This document shows positions 29,082 through 39,363 of a stretch of 64,000 bases of DNA, piece after piece (position 1 is the stretch's first letter; every line of letters begins with the position of its first letter). This stretch comes from a bacterium (GTDB lineage Archaea > Thermoplasmatota > E2 > JACPAO01 > JAHFTW01). The stretch spans positions 32,001-96,000 of the forward strand of contig JAZJZE010000005.1 in the NCBI GenBank assembly GCA_040390065.1, given 5' to 3'. The notes under the pieces were generated by a model. The model searched no databases, had not been told where the DNA came from, and saw nothing but the letters and a program-made list of their open reading frames with translations. Both the position numbers and the translations under genes were made by a program.

Positions 29082-29894
29082 TTGCTGGACCGCCCCCGAG
29101 TCACGACCATCGACGTGGTGCGCAAGGAGACGGCCCGCCACTCCACGATTGCCTTCCGTGACGACGCCTTGGCCGCCGCGCCGGCCGGCACGTTCTGCAT
29201 GGTCTGGGTCCCGGGCGTCGACGAGGTCCCCATGGGCCTCGGCTACAACGACGGCGAAGGCCGTGTCACGCTCACCGTCGAAGGCAAGGGCGACTGCACC
29301 AAGGCGTTGCTGGACCTCAAGGTCGGTGCACGAATCGGCGTCCGCGGCCCATATGGGCGCGGCTTTGCCCTGCCGAAGAAGGGGCACGTCTGCTTCGTCG
29401 GCGGCGGTACCGGCATCGCCCCGATGGCCCGAGGGGCGCAGCAGGCGCTCGAATCAGGCCTCGAGGTCACCGTCGTCGCTGGGGCCCGCAGCCGCGACCT
29501 GCTCCTCCTCCACCCCCACCTCGGGACCCTGGCCGACGACGAACTCATCCACTACGAGCCCTGCACGGACGACGGCTCCTTCGCGTACAAGGGCCAGACG
29601 ACGGCGCGGCTGTCGCAGCTACTCGACGAGGAGGATTTCGCCTACGTTGCCGCATGCGGCCCCGAACGCATGATGCAGAAGGTCACGCAGATGTGCGAAG
29701 CCGCCGGCGTCCCGTCCGAGGCGTCCTTGGAACGATACATGAAGTGCGCCACCGGAATCTGCGACGCTTGCACCGTCGGCGACGGCTTGCGCCTGTGCGT
29801 CGAAGGACCGGTGTTGGCCGCGAAGGAATTGGCGACGGTGCCGGAGTTTGGGGTGTGCCATCGGGACGCAGCGGGGGTCATGCATCCGTGGTAG
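29082..29894 (+). CDS. pyrK: Dihydroorotate dehydrogenase electron transfer subunit
   Basis: MVWVPGVDEVPM, GVRGPYGRGF, GGGTGIAP, CGPERMM, ERYMKCATGICDAC...CVEGPV (2Fe-2S). Confidence 0.9.
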   Translation: MLDRPRVTTIDVVRKETARHSTIAFRDDALAAAPAGTFCMVWVPGVDEVPMGLGYNDGEGRVTLTVEGKGDCTKALLDLKVGARIGVRGPYGRGFALPKKGHVCFVGGGTGIAPMARGAQQALESGLEVTVVAGARSRDLLLLHPHLGTLADDELIHYEPCTDDGSFAYKGQTTARLSQLLDEEDFAYVAACGPERMMQKVTQMCEAAGVPSEASLERYMKCATGICDACTVGDGLRLCVEGPVLAAKELATVPEFGVCHRDAAGVMHPW

Positions 29895-30083
29895 CCCAAA
29901 ATGGGCTTGTACGGCGGGCTCGCTCGGCCGCTCGCCCACCGACGGAACCCATTTTGGGCGCTGCGCAGCGAGGACACTAGGGGGCGCTGCGCGCCCCCTA
30001 AGACCCCCATGCGGACTGGACGGCGCTCGCTGCGCTCGGCCGTCCAGGCCACCGCACCCTGCCCTCCCGGGCCACCTCCCTCG
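29892..30083 (+). repeat. ~190-nt multi-hairpin dispersed element, copy 1 (begins at the pyrK TAG)
   Basis: Similar to the reverse complement of 38631..38823, near-identical over ~135 nt. Confidence 0.85.
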
Positions 30084-30474
30084 GGTTTCGCTTGATGCGA
30101 TTCCGCGTCATCGGGCGTTCCCCGCGCCGCCGGCGGCCCTCGCACGCCGCCACCGCTGCGCTTGGCGGCTGCTTGCCAAGCCCTCGCGCCGCCGCGCCGC
30201 CGCGCCTGGGGCGCGTCGGCTGTCGTGCTCGCCCCGGCCGGCGGCGTCCACTCCCAATCCATCTTGAGGTCATGGTGGTGGATGTCGCCGCCGTCGCAAA
30301 GGAGGACCTGGCGTCGCCCGTTGACCAGCAGGTATACGCCAATCCCCGAAATCCCCCAAATCCCTGGAATCCCAGGCCGCCCACACTGGCCCACCGGGTC
30401 TTCTCTCCTGGGACATTTCACCGGCGGCAGCGAACCCCTTTTAGCCAACCGGCATGTAGGCGTTCAGGCTGACC

Positions 30475-30708
30475 ATGGCTGTCGGATTCGTCCTCATCAG
30501 TGCCGCCCCCGGAAAGGAGCACGAGGTCTACAACACCCTGCTCAAGGTGTCCGAGATCGTGGAGCTTCACCCCCTCTTCGGCGAGTACGACCTCATCGCC
30601 AAGCTCGAGGCCGCCGACTTCGACACGCTCGGCCACGTCATCGTCAACAAGATCCGCTCCATCGAGGGCGTCGTCGACACGAAGACGCTCACTGGAACGA
30701 AGTTCTAG
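30475..30708 (+). CDS. Stand-alone Lrp/AsnC ligand-binding (RAM) domain protein
   Basis: GFVLI...LFGEYDLIAKLEA...KIRSIEGVVDTKTL. Confidence 0.9.
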   Translation: MAVGFVLISAAPGKEHEVYNTLLKVSEIVELHPLFGEYDLIAKLEAADFDTLGHVIVNKIRSIEGVVDTKTLTGTKF

Positions 30709-30779
30709 CACGGCGCAGCAGGCTTCCTCGCTTCCCTCGGCCTACACCCCTTTTTCAATCCGTTTGCGTTGGCCGCAGT

Positions 30780-31082
30780 GTGAACGTCTGGAGCACCGTC
30801 GCCGCCAACGTGTTCCTCAGCTTCGCCATCATGCTGCTCGTGGCCGGCATCGTCGGCGCATACTACGGCAAGGGGCGCAGCCGCAGCATCGGGTTCTCCG
30901 CCATGCTCCTGGCGATGCTGCTTCTCGGGACGTTTGCCGCCCTGACGTGGCCTCTCATCAGCGGCATCGATCCCATCTTCGTCCCGCACGACGTCCTGAC
31001 GTCGATGGCCGCCGTCGGCGCCGCGCTCCTGGGTGGCTTGCTGGCCGCCGCGATGTACGTCTTCATCGTCATGAAATCGTGA
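30780..31082 (+). CDS. Small 3-TM membrane protein
   Basis: Three hydrophobic helices with a YYGKGRSRSIG loop; host-like codon usage. Confidence 0.7.
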   Translation: MNVWSTVAANVFLSFAIMLLVAGIVGAYYGKGRSRSIGFSAMLLAMLLLGTFAALTWPLISGIDPIFVPHDVLTSMAAVGAALLGGLLAAAMYVFIVMKS

Positions 31083-31086
31083 GCCG

Positions 31087-32268
31087 CTAGCGGTCGAGCG
31101 CGGCGATGCCCGGAAGCACCTTGCCTTCGAGGAACTCCAGGCTCGCCCCTCCACCGGTCGAGACGTGCGTGACCTTGCCCGTGACGCCATACTTTGCCGC
31201 CGCAGCCGCGGAGTCGCCGCCGCCCACGATGGTCGTGCCCGTGCACGCTGCCATGGCGTCGGCCACCGCCTTCGTGCCCTCGCCAAACGGCTCCCACTCG
31301 AAGACGCCCATGGGCCCGTTCCAGAGCACCGTCTTGCCGTTCGTGACTGCCGCGTAGAAGGCCTGGCGCGTCTCGGGGCCGACGTCGAGCCCCATCCAGG
31401 CTGGCCGCATCGCCGACAGCTTGCAAGAACGATAGGCGGCGTCCTCCGCGAACGCGTCGGCCGCCACGACATCCGTCGGCAGGAGGACCTTGACCTTGCG
31501 CGCCGCCGCCCGTTCGAGAAGCGACTTGGCCAGCGGGATGCGGTCCGTCTCGACCAGCGACTTGCCGACTTCGTGGCCCTGCGCCTTGAGGAACGTGAAG
31601 GCCATGCCGCCGCCGATGACGAGCGCATCCACACGGTCCAACAGGCGCTCCACGACGAGGATCTTGTCGGACACTTTCGCGCCCCCGAGCACGGCGACGA
31701 AGGGCCGGGCGGGCTTGTCCAGGGCCGTACCGAGGGCGGCCACCTCCTTCTCGATGAGGAAGCCGGCGAACGACGGCAACAGGTGAGCGACTCCCGTCGT
31801 GCTTGCGTGGGCACGGTGCGCAGTGCCGAATGCGTCGTTGACGTAGGCGTCGGCGAGGGCGGCAAGTTCCTTGCAGAACGCCGCATCGTTTTCCTCCTCG
31901 CCCTTGTGGAAACGCACGTTCTCCAACAGGAGCACATCGCCCTTGCCGAGCTTCGCGACCGCCTCCTTGGCGACGTGGCCGACGCAGTCGGGGGAAAAGG
32001 CGACGGCCGTGCCGAGGAGCTTGGCGAGATGGGAGGCCACGGGGGCCAGCGTGAATGCGGCGTTGTCCTTGCCGGGCTTCGGGCGCCCGAGGTGGCTCGC
32101 GAGGATTACCTTCGCCCCGGCCTTGCGCAGGTGCTGGATGGTCGGCAGGGCCGCCACGACGCGCGCGTCGTCGCCCACCCGCCCCGCGTCGAGGGGGACG
32201 TTGAAATCCACGCGCACGAGGACACGCTGGCCAGCAAACGCGCCGTCACGCAGGGTCTTGACCGCCAT
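31087..32268 (-). CDS. pgk: Phosphoglycerate kinase
   Basis: [60 protein letters not shown]. Confidence 0.97.
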   Translation of the reverse strand: MAVKTLRDGAFAGQRVLVRVDFNVPLDAGRVGDDARVVAALPTIQHLRKAGAKVILASHLGRPKPGKDNAAFTLAPVASHLAKLLGTAVAFSPDCVGHVAKEAVAKLGKGDVLLLENVRFHKGEEENDAAFCKELAALADAYVNDAFGTAHRAHASTTGVAHLLPSFAGFLIEKEVAALGTALDKPARPFVAVLGGAKVSDKILVVERLLDRVDALVIGGGMAFTFLKAQGHEVGKSLVETDRIPLAKSLLERAAARKVKVLLPTDVVAADAFAEDAAYRSCKLSAMRPAWMGLDVGPETRQAFYAAVTNGKTVLWNGPMGVFEWEPFGEGTKAVADAMAACTGTTIVGGGDSAAAAAKYGVTGKVTHVSTGGGASLEFLEGKVLPGIAALDR

Positions 32269-32525
32269 CGCTGCGGGCGACCCTGGGCGGGCGCAAAAGA
32301 CGTGCGGTCCTGCCCAGCTTCGACCCGGCCGTCTCAATGGCCATTTTCGGCACTGCCTGAAGCGAACTCAGAATATGAACATTTGTTTGCCTCATAAAGG
32401 ACAGGCATCAGGAAACCTGCGAAATCTGTCACCTTCATTGTCCAAATTCGTAGAATGGGCAAGGCACCCACCAAAAACGTTTAAGGGCCTACGCTGGTGG
32501 GAGGGATGGTCGGAGCAGAAACGAC

Positions 32526-33512
32526 ATGGCTGAAAGCTTCCAGGTACCGATTGAACAACTGGCCCGCTTCAAGCGCACCCATGACCACTTCAAGAAGTTG
32601 GTCGGACAGGAGATCGTCGGCTACGACGACGTCGTCACCGACCTCCTGATCGGTCTTCTTGGCAAGGGCCACGTGCTCTTGGAAGGCGTCCCGGGTGTCG
32701 CAAAGACCGCCACCTCCAAGTCGTTCTCCAACACGCTCGGCCTGTCCTTCAAGCGCCTGCAGTTCACGCAGGACCTGATGCCGCAGGACATCACGGGCTA
32801 CAACATGCTCAACCCGGCGACAAAGAAATTCGAGTTGCGCCAGGGCCCCGTGTTCACCAACTTCCTCCTCGCTGACGAGATCAACCGTGCGCCGCCCAAG
32901 ACGCAGTCGGCCATGCTGGAGACCATGGAAGAGCGCCAAGTGTCGATCGAAGGCACGACGTACCCGATGGCCGTTCCCTTCATCGTCGTCGCCACCATGA
33001 ACCCCATCGACTCGGAGGGCGTCTACCGCCTGCCCGAGGCCCAGAAGGACCGCTTCATGATGCGCACCATCATGCACTACGTCGCGGCCGAACTCGAGGA
33101 GCGCATGATCAAGATCAAGATCGCCGGGGGCAAGCTCGGCGGCGACGGCAAGGATGGGCGCCTCTCCATCGACGCCATCCGCGAAGGTCTGAAGATGCGC
33201 GAGAAGATCTACATGGGCGACGAGACGGTGCGCTACCTGCAGCGCGTCGCCGCCGCCACGCGCAACCACCCCGACGTCCGCGTCGGCGCCTCGCCCCGGT
33301 CCATGACGCAGATGCTCACGGCCAGCCAGGCCTACGCCCTCATCAGTGGCCGCCCGTACGTGCTGCCGGCAGATGTCAAGTACATCTCGCCCCGCGTGCT
33401 TGGCCACCGCATCATCATGAAGGTCGAGGCCGAAGCCAAGGGCAAGGTCGCGCACGAGGTCGTCAGGGAAGTCCTTGCCGCCATTCCCGAACCCAAGGTC
33501 CTGGTGAAGTAG
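32526..33512 (+). CDS. moxR: MoxR-family AAA+ ATPase
   Basis: HVLLEGVPGVAKT, LLADEINRAPPKTQSAMLE, ATMNP, LPEAQKDRF, GASPR. Confidence 0.95.
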   Translation: MAESFQVPIEQLARFKRTHDHFKKLVGQEIVGYDDVVTDLLIGLLGKGHVLLEGVPGVAKTATSKSFSNTLGLSFKRLQFTQDLMPQDITGYNMLNPATKKFELRQGPVFTNFLLADEINRAPPKTQSAMLETMEERQVSIEGTTYPMAVPFIVVATMNPIDSEGVYRLPEAQKDRFMMRTIMHYVAAELEERMIKIKIAGGKLGGDGKDGRLSIDAIREGLKMREKIYMGDETVRYLQRVAAATRNHPDVRVGASPRSMTQMLTASQAYALISGRPYVLPADVKYISPRVLGHRIIMKVEAEAKGKVAHEVVREVLAAIPEPKVLVK

Positions 33513-33519
33513 GTCGCCG

Positions 33520-35232
33520 ATGGCCGACAGCCCCCCTGTTGAGCCCGACCCGCAGGACGCCCAGCCGACAGGGCCCAAGCGCGTCATGGGCGGCCGACCG
33601 ACCTTGCCGCGCGTCGTGGGACGTCCCGCGCCGCCGGTCATCGATGACTCGGAATGGGAAGCCGTGCCAGAGACGCAGTTCGTGCACGGCATCTCCGTCG
33701 ATCCAAGCAAGGTGCCCTCCGGCATCCAGTTCCACCACGACTGCTGCGAAGCGGTGCGCCCGAACCCGGAGGACCCGGATGCCGGCGGCGCCGTGCAGGA
33801 GATGCGCCAGGAACCATACGTCACCTGGCAGGGTCCACTCAAGCCTACGGCGACGTTTGGCGCCTGGGCCGCCGGCCTCGGCCTGGCGTTCCTTGCCACC
33901 TTCTTCCTGGGCATCGGGCACATCTTCGTCGGCATGTGGATCGGCCTCGGCGTCTCCGCGGCGGGCTTCGTCTACGTCGTCGTGAGCGTCATCGTCACGT
34001 CCAGCTCGATGAAGGGCATCCGCCTCATGGCGGCGCGCCACATCACGGAACCCAAGCTGGAGCGCGGAAAGGTCTTCCACGCAACGCTTGAGACCAACGG
34101 TACGGTCGTTCCCGGCTGGCTGCGCATCCGCATCACGGACCAGCAGGCCCCGGGCCTGCGCCCGGTCCAGCAGCCCCTCCTGGAAGGTCCCGGCCAGGTC
34201 ACGTACAAGGTGCGGCCCCAGGGCCGCGGCCTGCTGACGTTCTCCGGCCTCGACGTCGTCGCCCGCAGCTTCGACGGCATGTGGATCGCCGAGCAGGAAT
34301 GGCGCTTGCGCACGACGGTCGAGGTGGGCCCCAGCCTGTCCGCCATCACGTGGAAGGCGCTGGTCACCGGATACGCTCCGTTCGACCAGTCGACCCCCAG
34401 CTCGATCGTGAAACTCTTCCGCGACATCGAGACCGAGGTCATCCGCGACATGGCCGCCGGCGACAAGATGCGCGACGTGAACTGGAAGTATTTCGCACGC
34501 ATGGGCAAGATGATCGTCCGGCAACGCACGAGCGAAGGCGAGACGACGATCCTTCTCGTCTTCGACTGCACGCCGACCATGCTCATGGACCAGGCGGGCT
34601 ACCGCAACCTCGACCTCGCCGTCGAGATCGCGCAGGAGTTCGCGGAAGCGGGCCTGAAGCGCAACCACGAGGCCGGCATGATTGCGTTCAACGAGAACCG
34701 CGTGCTCGACCACGTGCGCCCGACACGCGCGAAGATCCAGTTCAAGAAGCTCATCAAGCACTTCGAGAACCTGGCGAACCACCACTTGGCGGACGAGGGC
34801 GAAGACCCAGTCGAGATCCTCATCACGGGCGACCCGGAGAACCTGCGCCTCGCCTTCGGGCAGGGCCTGAAGCAGCGCAACACGGCGGGGCTGACCATCA
34901 TCTTCTTCTCCGACCTGCAAGGGACGCCGGACGAGATCATCCAGGTGATCTCCAAGGCGGCCGGCTCCGGCCAGAAGGTGGCGGTCATGCTCATGCCCGA
35001 GCCCAAGCTCAAGCCGATCATCCCCGGCCAGCCGCAGGAGCTCACGATGCGTGGCATCGCGCACACGAACAAGATGCGTGAACTGCTCATCGCCAATGGC
35101 TGCGAGTTCGTCGAAGTGAACCCGCACGCGGAAGACTTCAGCCTGCGCACCGACGACGAGGGGTCCGCCAACGGCGACGCCCCGGCCAAGCCGGAGTCGT
35201 CCAAGGGCCCATACTGGGCCAACCAGCGGTAG
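33520..35232 (+). CDS. DUF58 family (MoxR-associated, VWA-like) membrane protein
   Basis: IRDMAAGDKMRDVNWK..AR, LVFDCTPTM, FFSDL; directly downstream of moxR. Confidence 0.85.
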   Translation: MADSPPVEPDPQDAQPTGPKRVMGGRPTLPRVVGRPAPPVIDDSEWEAVPETQFVHGISVDPSKVPSGIQFHHDCCEAVRPNPEDPDAGGAVQEMRQEPYVTWQGPLKPTATFGAWAAGLGLAFLATFFLGIGHIFVGMWIGLGVSAAGFVYVVVSVIVTSSSMKGIRLMAARHITEPKLERGKVFHATLETNGTVVPGWLRIRITDQQAPGLRPVQQPLLEGPGQVTYKVRPQGRGLLTFSGLDVVARSFDGMWIAEQEWRLRTTVEVGPSLSAITWKALVTGYAPFDQSTPSSIVKLFRDIETEVIRDMAAGDKMRDVNWKYFARMGKMIVRQRTSEGETTILLVFDCTPTMLMDQAGYRNLDLAVEIAQEFAEAGLKRNHEAGMIAFNENRVLDHVRPTRAKIQFKKLIKHFENLANHHLADEGEDPVEILITGDPENLRLAFGQGLKQRNTAGLTIIFFSDLQGTPDEIIQVISKAAGSGQKVAVMLMPEPKLKPIIPGQPQELTMRGIAHTNKMRELLIANGCEFVEVNPHAEDFSLRTDDEGSANGDAPAKPESSKGPYWANQR

Positions 35233-35243
35233 GCCGCCCCGAC

Positions 35244-35699
35244 ATGCCGCTGCCCTGCCCGTTCTGCGGCACCGTCGTCGAGCCCGGCCGTGACGCCACG
35301 GGACGGCTTCTCTGCCCAGCTTGCCGCAACACGGGCAGGATGGCCCCGCCGCAGTTCTCCTCGCCCGAGGAGGCCTACGCGGCAGGCTACTACGCCGCCG
35401 CGGCGGCAAGGGACGACGCGCAGCGCGACAAACGTGTCCGCCATGCCAAGCAGGAGGGCGTCTGCGCGGTCGTGTTTGCCGGCGTCGGCCTGCTGCTTGC
35501 GTTCTTCGCCGTTGCCGCCCTCGCGTGCGGCGTGGCAGCCATCCTCCATGGCCGGCGCCTGGAGCGCGGCGGGCAGGACGGGACCGTCCTCCCGGCCGAC
35601 GCCACGACGGGCCGCAACGCCTTCATTATGGGGGTCATCGGCGTGTGCGTCGCACCCGTCACCCTGACCCTGAACATCCTGTTGATCCTCCGGAACTAG
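35244..35699 (+). CDS. Zinc-ribbon + 2-3 TM (DUF4190-like) protein
   Basis: CPFC...CPAC; TM helices ending in TGRNAFIMGVIG. Confidence 0.65.
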   Translation: MPLPCPFCGTVVEPGRDATGRLLCPACRNTGRMAPPQFSSPEEAYAAGYYAAAAARDDAQRDKRVRHAKQEGVCAVVFAGVGLLLAFFAVAALACGVAAILHGRRLERGGQDGTVLPADATTGRNAFIMGVIGVCVAPVTLTLNILLILRN

Positions 35700-35848
35700 A
35701 GCCCCCGTCCACGGACCGTGAGGCAGGCGTCATGCATGCCCCCGCCGCGGCGCCACTGGCCGCAACGCCTGGGTTAGTGCCCCGAGACGGTTGGGGAACG
35801 GCCGAATCTATGGCAAACCTTGAAGGCCTCCCGCCCGATGGACAGACG

Positions 35849-36853
35849 GTGGTCTTCGTGCGCCGAAACGCCCTCCTGCTTGCGTCCCTTGCTTCCCTCC
35901 TGGTGCTCGTCCCCGCGACGAGCGCCTGCTTTGCCATCACGCCGCAGTTGCCGCCCCCGCCTGCGGTGGACCCGTGCCTCCTGCCGCCGCTCGAAGTCAC
36001 CCCCGTGGCCCTACCCGAGGATGCGCCTCTTGTCCGTCCGTTCGAAGGCTCCGACATGGCCTTTGCCGCCCCCGTGGAACCCGCAGATATGCGGGACCAG
36101 CCGCGGGAGACGTCAGTGGCACTCGACCCCCAGGAGATCGTCGCCATCGACGACAGCGCACACTCACTCATCTCCGTCCTTTGCCTGCCAAGCGACGCGC
36201 CAGCAGAGGCGACGAGGCCCGTCGAGCTCCCGATGGACACCGTGCCCTTTGCCGCCCCTGCCGAACCTAACCACCCGGCCCTCGTGGCGCTCCCGGACGC
36301 GGTCCAACTCACCTACGTCGTGGACCAGCCCACCATCGTCGACATCCAAGGCACCGTCACCCCCATCGTGGGCGACCTCCCGCTGGCTGTCCCGGCGCTG
36401 CCCGACGCCTCCGTGTACCTCCAAGTGGAGACCGCAACGGGGACCGTGCAAGGCCTGAACCACGTCGAGATTCAGATTCCAGTGGCCCCCGATGCCCTGC
36501 CGGCCCCCGGCGAGACCCTGACCCTCGCCTACTACAACGGCGTCCAATGGGTCGACCTTAGCGACGCCGTCGACGGCCGCATCGCAGGCGCGACCCCTGC
36601 CCAGGACCTCACGGTGGAAGGCGTCGGCTACGACGACGCCACGCAGACCGTCTGGGCCCACGTCAGCCACACCAGCACCTACGCCGTCCACGCCGTGAAG
36701 GCCCCCGCTCCAGCCGCTCCGACGCAAGTTGCCGCCGCCGGCATGTCGCCCATGGCCATCGCGCCCATCGCCATGGCGGCCACCATCGCCCTCGGCGCCA
36801 TCGCCATCCTCGCCATCAATGCCCGCGAAGTCCGCCGCATGACGAAGAAGTAG
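35849..36853 (+). CDS. Secreted, C-terminally anchored surface protein
   Basis: Signal peptide; LAYYNGVQWVDL...VWAHVSHTSTYAV domain; TM plus basic tail. Confidence 0.7.
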   Translation: MVFVRRNALLLASLASLLVLVPATSACFAITPQLPPPPAVDPCLLPPLEVTPVALPEDAPLVRPFEGSDMAFAAPVEPADMRDQPRETSVALDPQEIVAIDDSAHSLISVLCLPSDAPAEATRPVELPMDTVPFAAPAEPNHPALVALPDAVQLTYVVDQPTIVDIQGTVTPIVGDLPLAVPALPDASVYLQVETATGTVQGLNHVEIQIPVAPDALPAPGETLTLAYYNGVQWVDLSDAVDGRIAGATPAQDLTVEGVGYDDATQTVWAHVSHTSTYAVHAVKAPAPAAPTQVAAAGMSPMAIAPIAMAATIALGAIAILAINAREVRRMTKK

Positions 36854-37023
36854 CTGGGCGCACTTCTGGCGATTTCCCGAAAATCCCCATCGGCAACGCG
36901 GCAACGCCGGGAAGGGTTCATCTATGCGTCCAGCAAGGTGGGCCCGCCGTCCCCTCCTGGACCTTTGCAACAGGCCAACCAGTGGCCGACGCGGGCTAAG
37001 TACGTCGGGGGGATGGCGCCCTG

Positions 37024-37539
37024 GTGTCCATCGTGCAGCGCCTCCTCGCCATCGCCGCCATCCTGGTTCTCATGCCGAGCGCCCTTCCGTCGAGGGCTGA
37101 CATCTTGGACCCCGTCGACCCACTCTTCGGCAACATCGTGCCGCCCTTGCATGCAAGTATGCCAACGATCCGCAGCCTCGTGGAGAATGCCACCTGCCCC
37201 GCCGGCCCAACGCCATGCGCGGATTCCTTGCTGCCAGCCGCCATCCGGTGCATCGAGGACGTCCTGTTGCACTGGTCCGAGCACCCGGGCGAAGTCAACC
37301 CGGGCGACCTCCGCCCGTGCCTGCTGAGCGGTCTGGCGTGCATCCAGTTCAAGGAGAGCGCGACGTTGGACATTTCCCACGTCATGGATCGTAAGGTCAC
37401 CACGATGAGCTTCTTGACGGCCCAAGAGTTCGTTTGGAACATCCCTGACGATCCTCCGCCTCGCCCGACGGGGCCAGCGGTCTTCGGCGGCTACGTGCTA
37501 TCCATGAGTGCGGCGCCCGGCGTAAATGGGGGCTGCTGA
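37024..37539 (+). CDS. Secreted Cys-containing hypothetical protein
   Basis: Signal peptide (PSRA cleavage-like); stop overlaps the next start; atypical codon usage. Confidence 0.6.
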   Translation: MSIVQRLLAIAAILVLMPSALPSRADILDPVDPLFGNIVPPLHASMPTIRSLVENATCPAGPTPCADSLLPAAIRCIEDVLLHWSEHPGEVNPGDLRPCLLSGLACIQFKESATLDISHVMDRKVTTMSFLTAQEFVWNIPDDPPPRPTGPAVFGGYVLSMSAAPGVNGGC

Positions 37540-38408
37540 TGATTCCCTCGAAAAGCGTAATTGCCCTGGCTCTTGTGCTCTTGGCCGGCTGCATGAGTCA
37601 TGTCGGGACCCCTGGTGGCGCCACGATGAAGTCTGACTCCAACAACACGCCGACCGAGGGCCCCTCAGTGGACCCCTGGCTGGCCAATGCGACATCGCCT
37701 TACTTCACTAGCTGGAACGAGTGCATTGGGATGGGGGCCGCCTTCACCTGGCCGGGAAACACCGCCCCCCTTCCGCCACCCGGAAATTGGTCGGCCAACG
37801 AAGGGCCGGGAAGCGATACCATTGTCGACTTCAACGCCTGCCAGCGCATCGGGTGGGGGCCGTTTGAGCGCCCGGTGAAGATCCTCTTGGAGTTGTACAC
37901 AAATTCGTCGTTCCCCGAAGCCTGCCGACACGGATCCTTTGGCTACGCGAGAATCGTGCACGCGGTCTACCTCGATGAACCCGTCATGGCCGCGTATTTG
38001 CGACGCGAATTGGGACTTCCGGCGTATGCAGCCACCATGAACTATTCACTCGAGAAAGGCTCGGCCTGGACCATGAGGTGGACATGGACCCCAGACGGGG
38101 GCCAGACATCGGACGTTCAGGTCTCGCATCTGGCGAGCCAGGACAGTGGCAGCCCCGAGACCTATCGCCTCGTCTGGTTCACGCATGGCCACGTGACCAT
38201 GATGGATCTCTTGACCAGATATCACAACCCGGGGCAGACCCTCGGAGCCGCCCCCGGCCACATGCGGCCACCGATGATTGACGCAAAAATGGGCGACCCC
38301 TATCTCGGGACAGGCGAAATGTGGGATGCCACGTCCTACACCGGCACGGTCTATCGCTTCAACGACGAATTCTGCAAGGAACCCATCGACCCGTACCCAG
38401 ACCACTGA
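37539..38408 (+). CDS. Lipoprotein, paralog of 48722..49696
   Basis: LAGC lipobox; A/T-ending codons more frequent than in core genes. Confidence 0.75.
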   Translation: MIPSKSVIALALVLLAGCMSHVGTPGGATMKSDSNNTPTEGPSVDPWLANATSPYFTSWNECIGMGAAFTWPGNTAPLPPPGNWSANEGPGSDTIVDFNACQRIGWGPFERPVKILLELYTNSSFPEACRHGSFGYARIVHAVYLDEPVMAAYLRRELGLPAYAATMNYSLEKGSAWTMRWTWTPDGGQTSDVQVSHLASQDSGSPETYRLVWFTHGHVTMMDLLTRYHNPGQTLGAAPGHMRPPMIDAKMGDPYLGTGEMWDATSYTGTVYRFNDEFCKEPIDPYPDH

Positions 38409-38494
38409 AAGACCGATGATGCCGGCCTAGGCGCCAGCCGTCCGGTTTGCCGCAAGGGCCGTTGCAAATCCCGCGATGGTTGCGAGCGCGGCAG

Positions 38495-38632
38495 CGCGAG
38501 CCTGCGGGGGTCACGGGGGCCGGCAGGCCCCCCGGCGGGGGGACGGCGCGGGGGGCGGCAGCCCCCCGCCGTTCTGTGGGGCCGAGCCCCCGGGAGGCCC
38601 CACGCACAAATGATCGACCTGTTTGCAGGTCG
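38495..38632 (+). repeat. GC-rich hairpin cluster ending in a two-hairpin motif also present at 46800..46862
   Basis: GGGGGCCGGCAGGCCCCC, GGGGGGCGGCAGCCCCCC, then GTGGGGCCG...GGAGGCCCCAC-N7-TGATCGACCTGTTTGCAGGTCG. Confidence 0.75.
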
Positions 38633-38823
38633 GGGGAGGCGGCCCGGGAGGGCCCGGTGCGGTGGCCTGGACGGCCGAGCGCAGCGAGCGCCGTCCAGTC
38701 CGCATGGGGGTCTTAGGGGGCCCGCAGGGCCCCCTAGTGTCCTGGCTGAGCAGCGCCCAAGATGGGTTCGAGCGAGCGCGCCTGGCCGAAGGCCGCGCGA
38801 GCGATGAAGCCCGTCTTGGGCTA
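38631..38823 (-). repeat. ~190-nt multi-hairpin dispersed element, copy 2 (begins at the TAG of gene 38821..39363)
   Basis: Reverse complement matches 29892..30083. Confidence 0.85.
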
Positions 38824-39363
38824 TTCGAACGCCATCTTCTGCTGCGATTCCTTCTCGACGATGCGGACGTCCTTGAGTTCGCCGCGTGCCTTGATGCGGC
38901 GACCGTAGTGCGTCAGGATGGTGCCGACGACGAGGAGGATGAGGGAGATTGTGGCGAGGGCGATGGTGGTGCGCACGGCGCTGCCGCCGCGGTACCATTC
39001 GGCCGGATAGATGCTTGCGAAGTAGACGAGCAGGCTGGCGCCGAGGACGGAGCCGAGGACCGTGATGATGAAGCCCGCCGTGCCAGCGCGGCTTGTCGTG
39101 TTGGTGAGTCCGATGTCGAGTTTCTGCTGGACGTCCATCTCGCCGCGCTGCTGCTGCGAGCTCTCGATGTCGAGGACGAGGACGTCATCCGCCGGCAAGC
39201 CGTCGGGGTCGGTCTCCTCGTAGATGACGAGGTAGTCGCGGTCCGGGTCGGCGACCGGGGGCGGTGTCGCGGCTTGGCGCGGGTGGGGCGCGTCACGGGT
39301 GATCGTGCCGCCGCCGCTGCGGGCCTTGCCCTTGGGCTTCTTGGGGGCTGCGCGGGCCATCAC
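38821..39363 (-). CDS. 2-TM membrane protein of unknown function
   Basis: Two TM helices followed by YGRRIKARGEL; overlaps the upstream gene; host codon bias. Confidence 0.75.
   Translation of the reverse strand: MMARAAPKKPKGKARSGGGTITRDAPHPRQAATPPPVADPDRDYLVIYEETDPDGLPADDVLVLDIESSQQQRGEMDVQQKLDIGLTNTTSRAGTAGFIITVLGSVLGASLLVYFASIYPAEWYRGGSAVRTTIALATISLILLVVGTILTHYGRRIKARGELKDVRIVEKESQQKMAFE

Noticed and set aside
30084-30450. Possible small gene or gene remnant between the 190-nt element and the Lrp gene
   Set aside because: Several overlapping frames, none with a recognisable motif or convincing start; cannot be supported.
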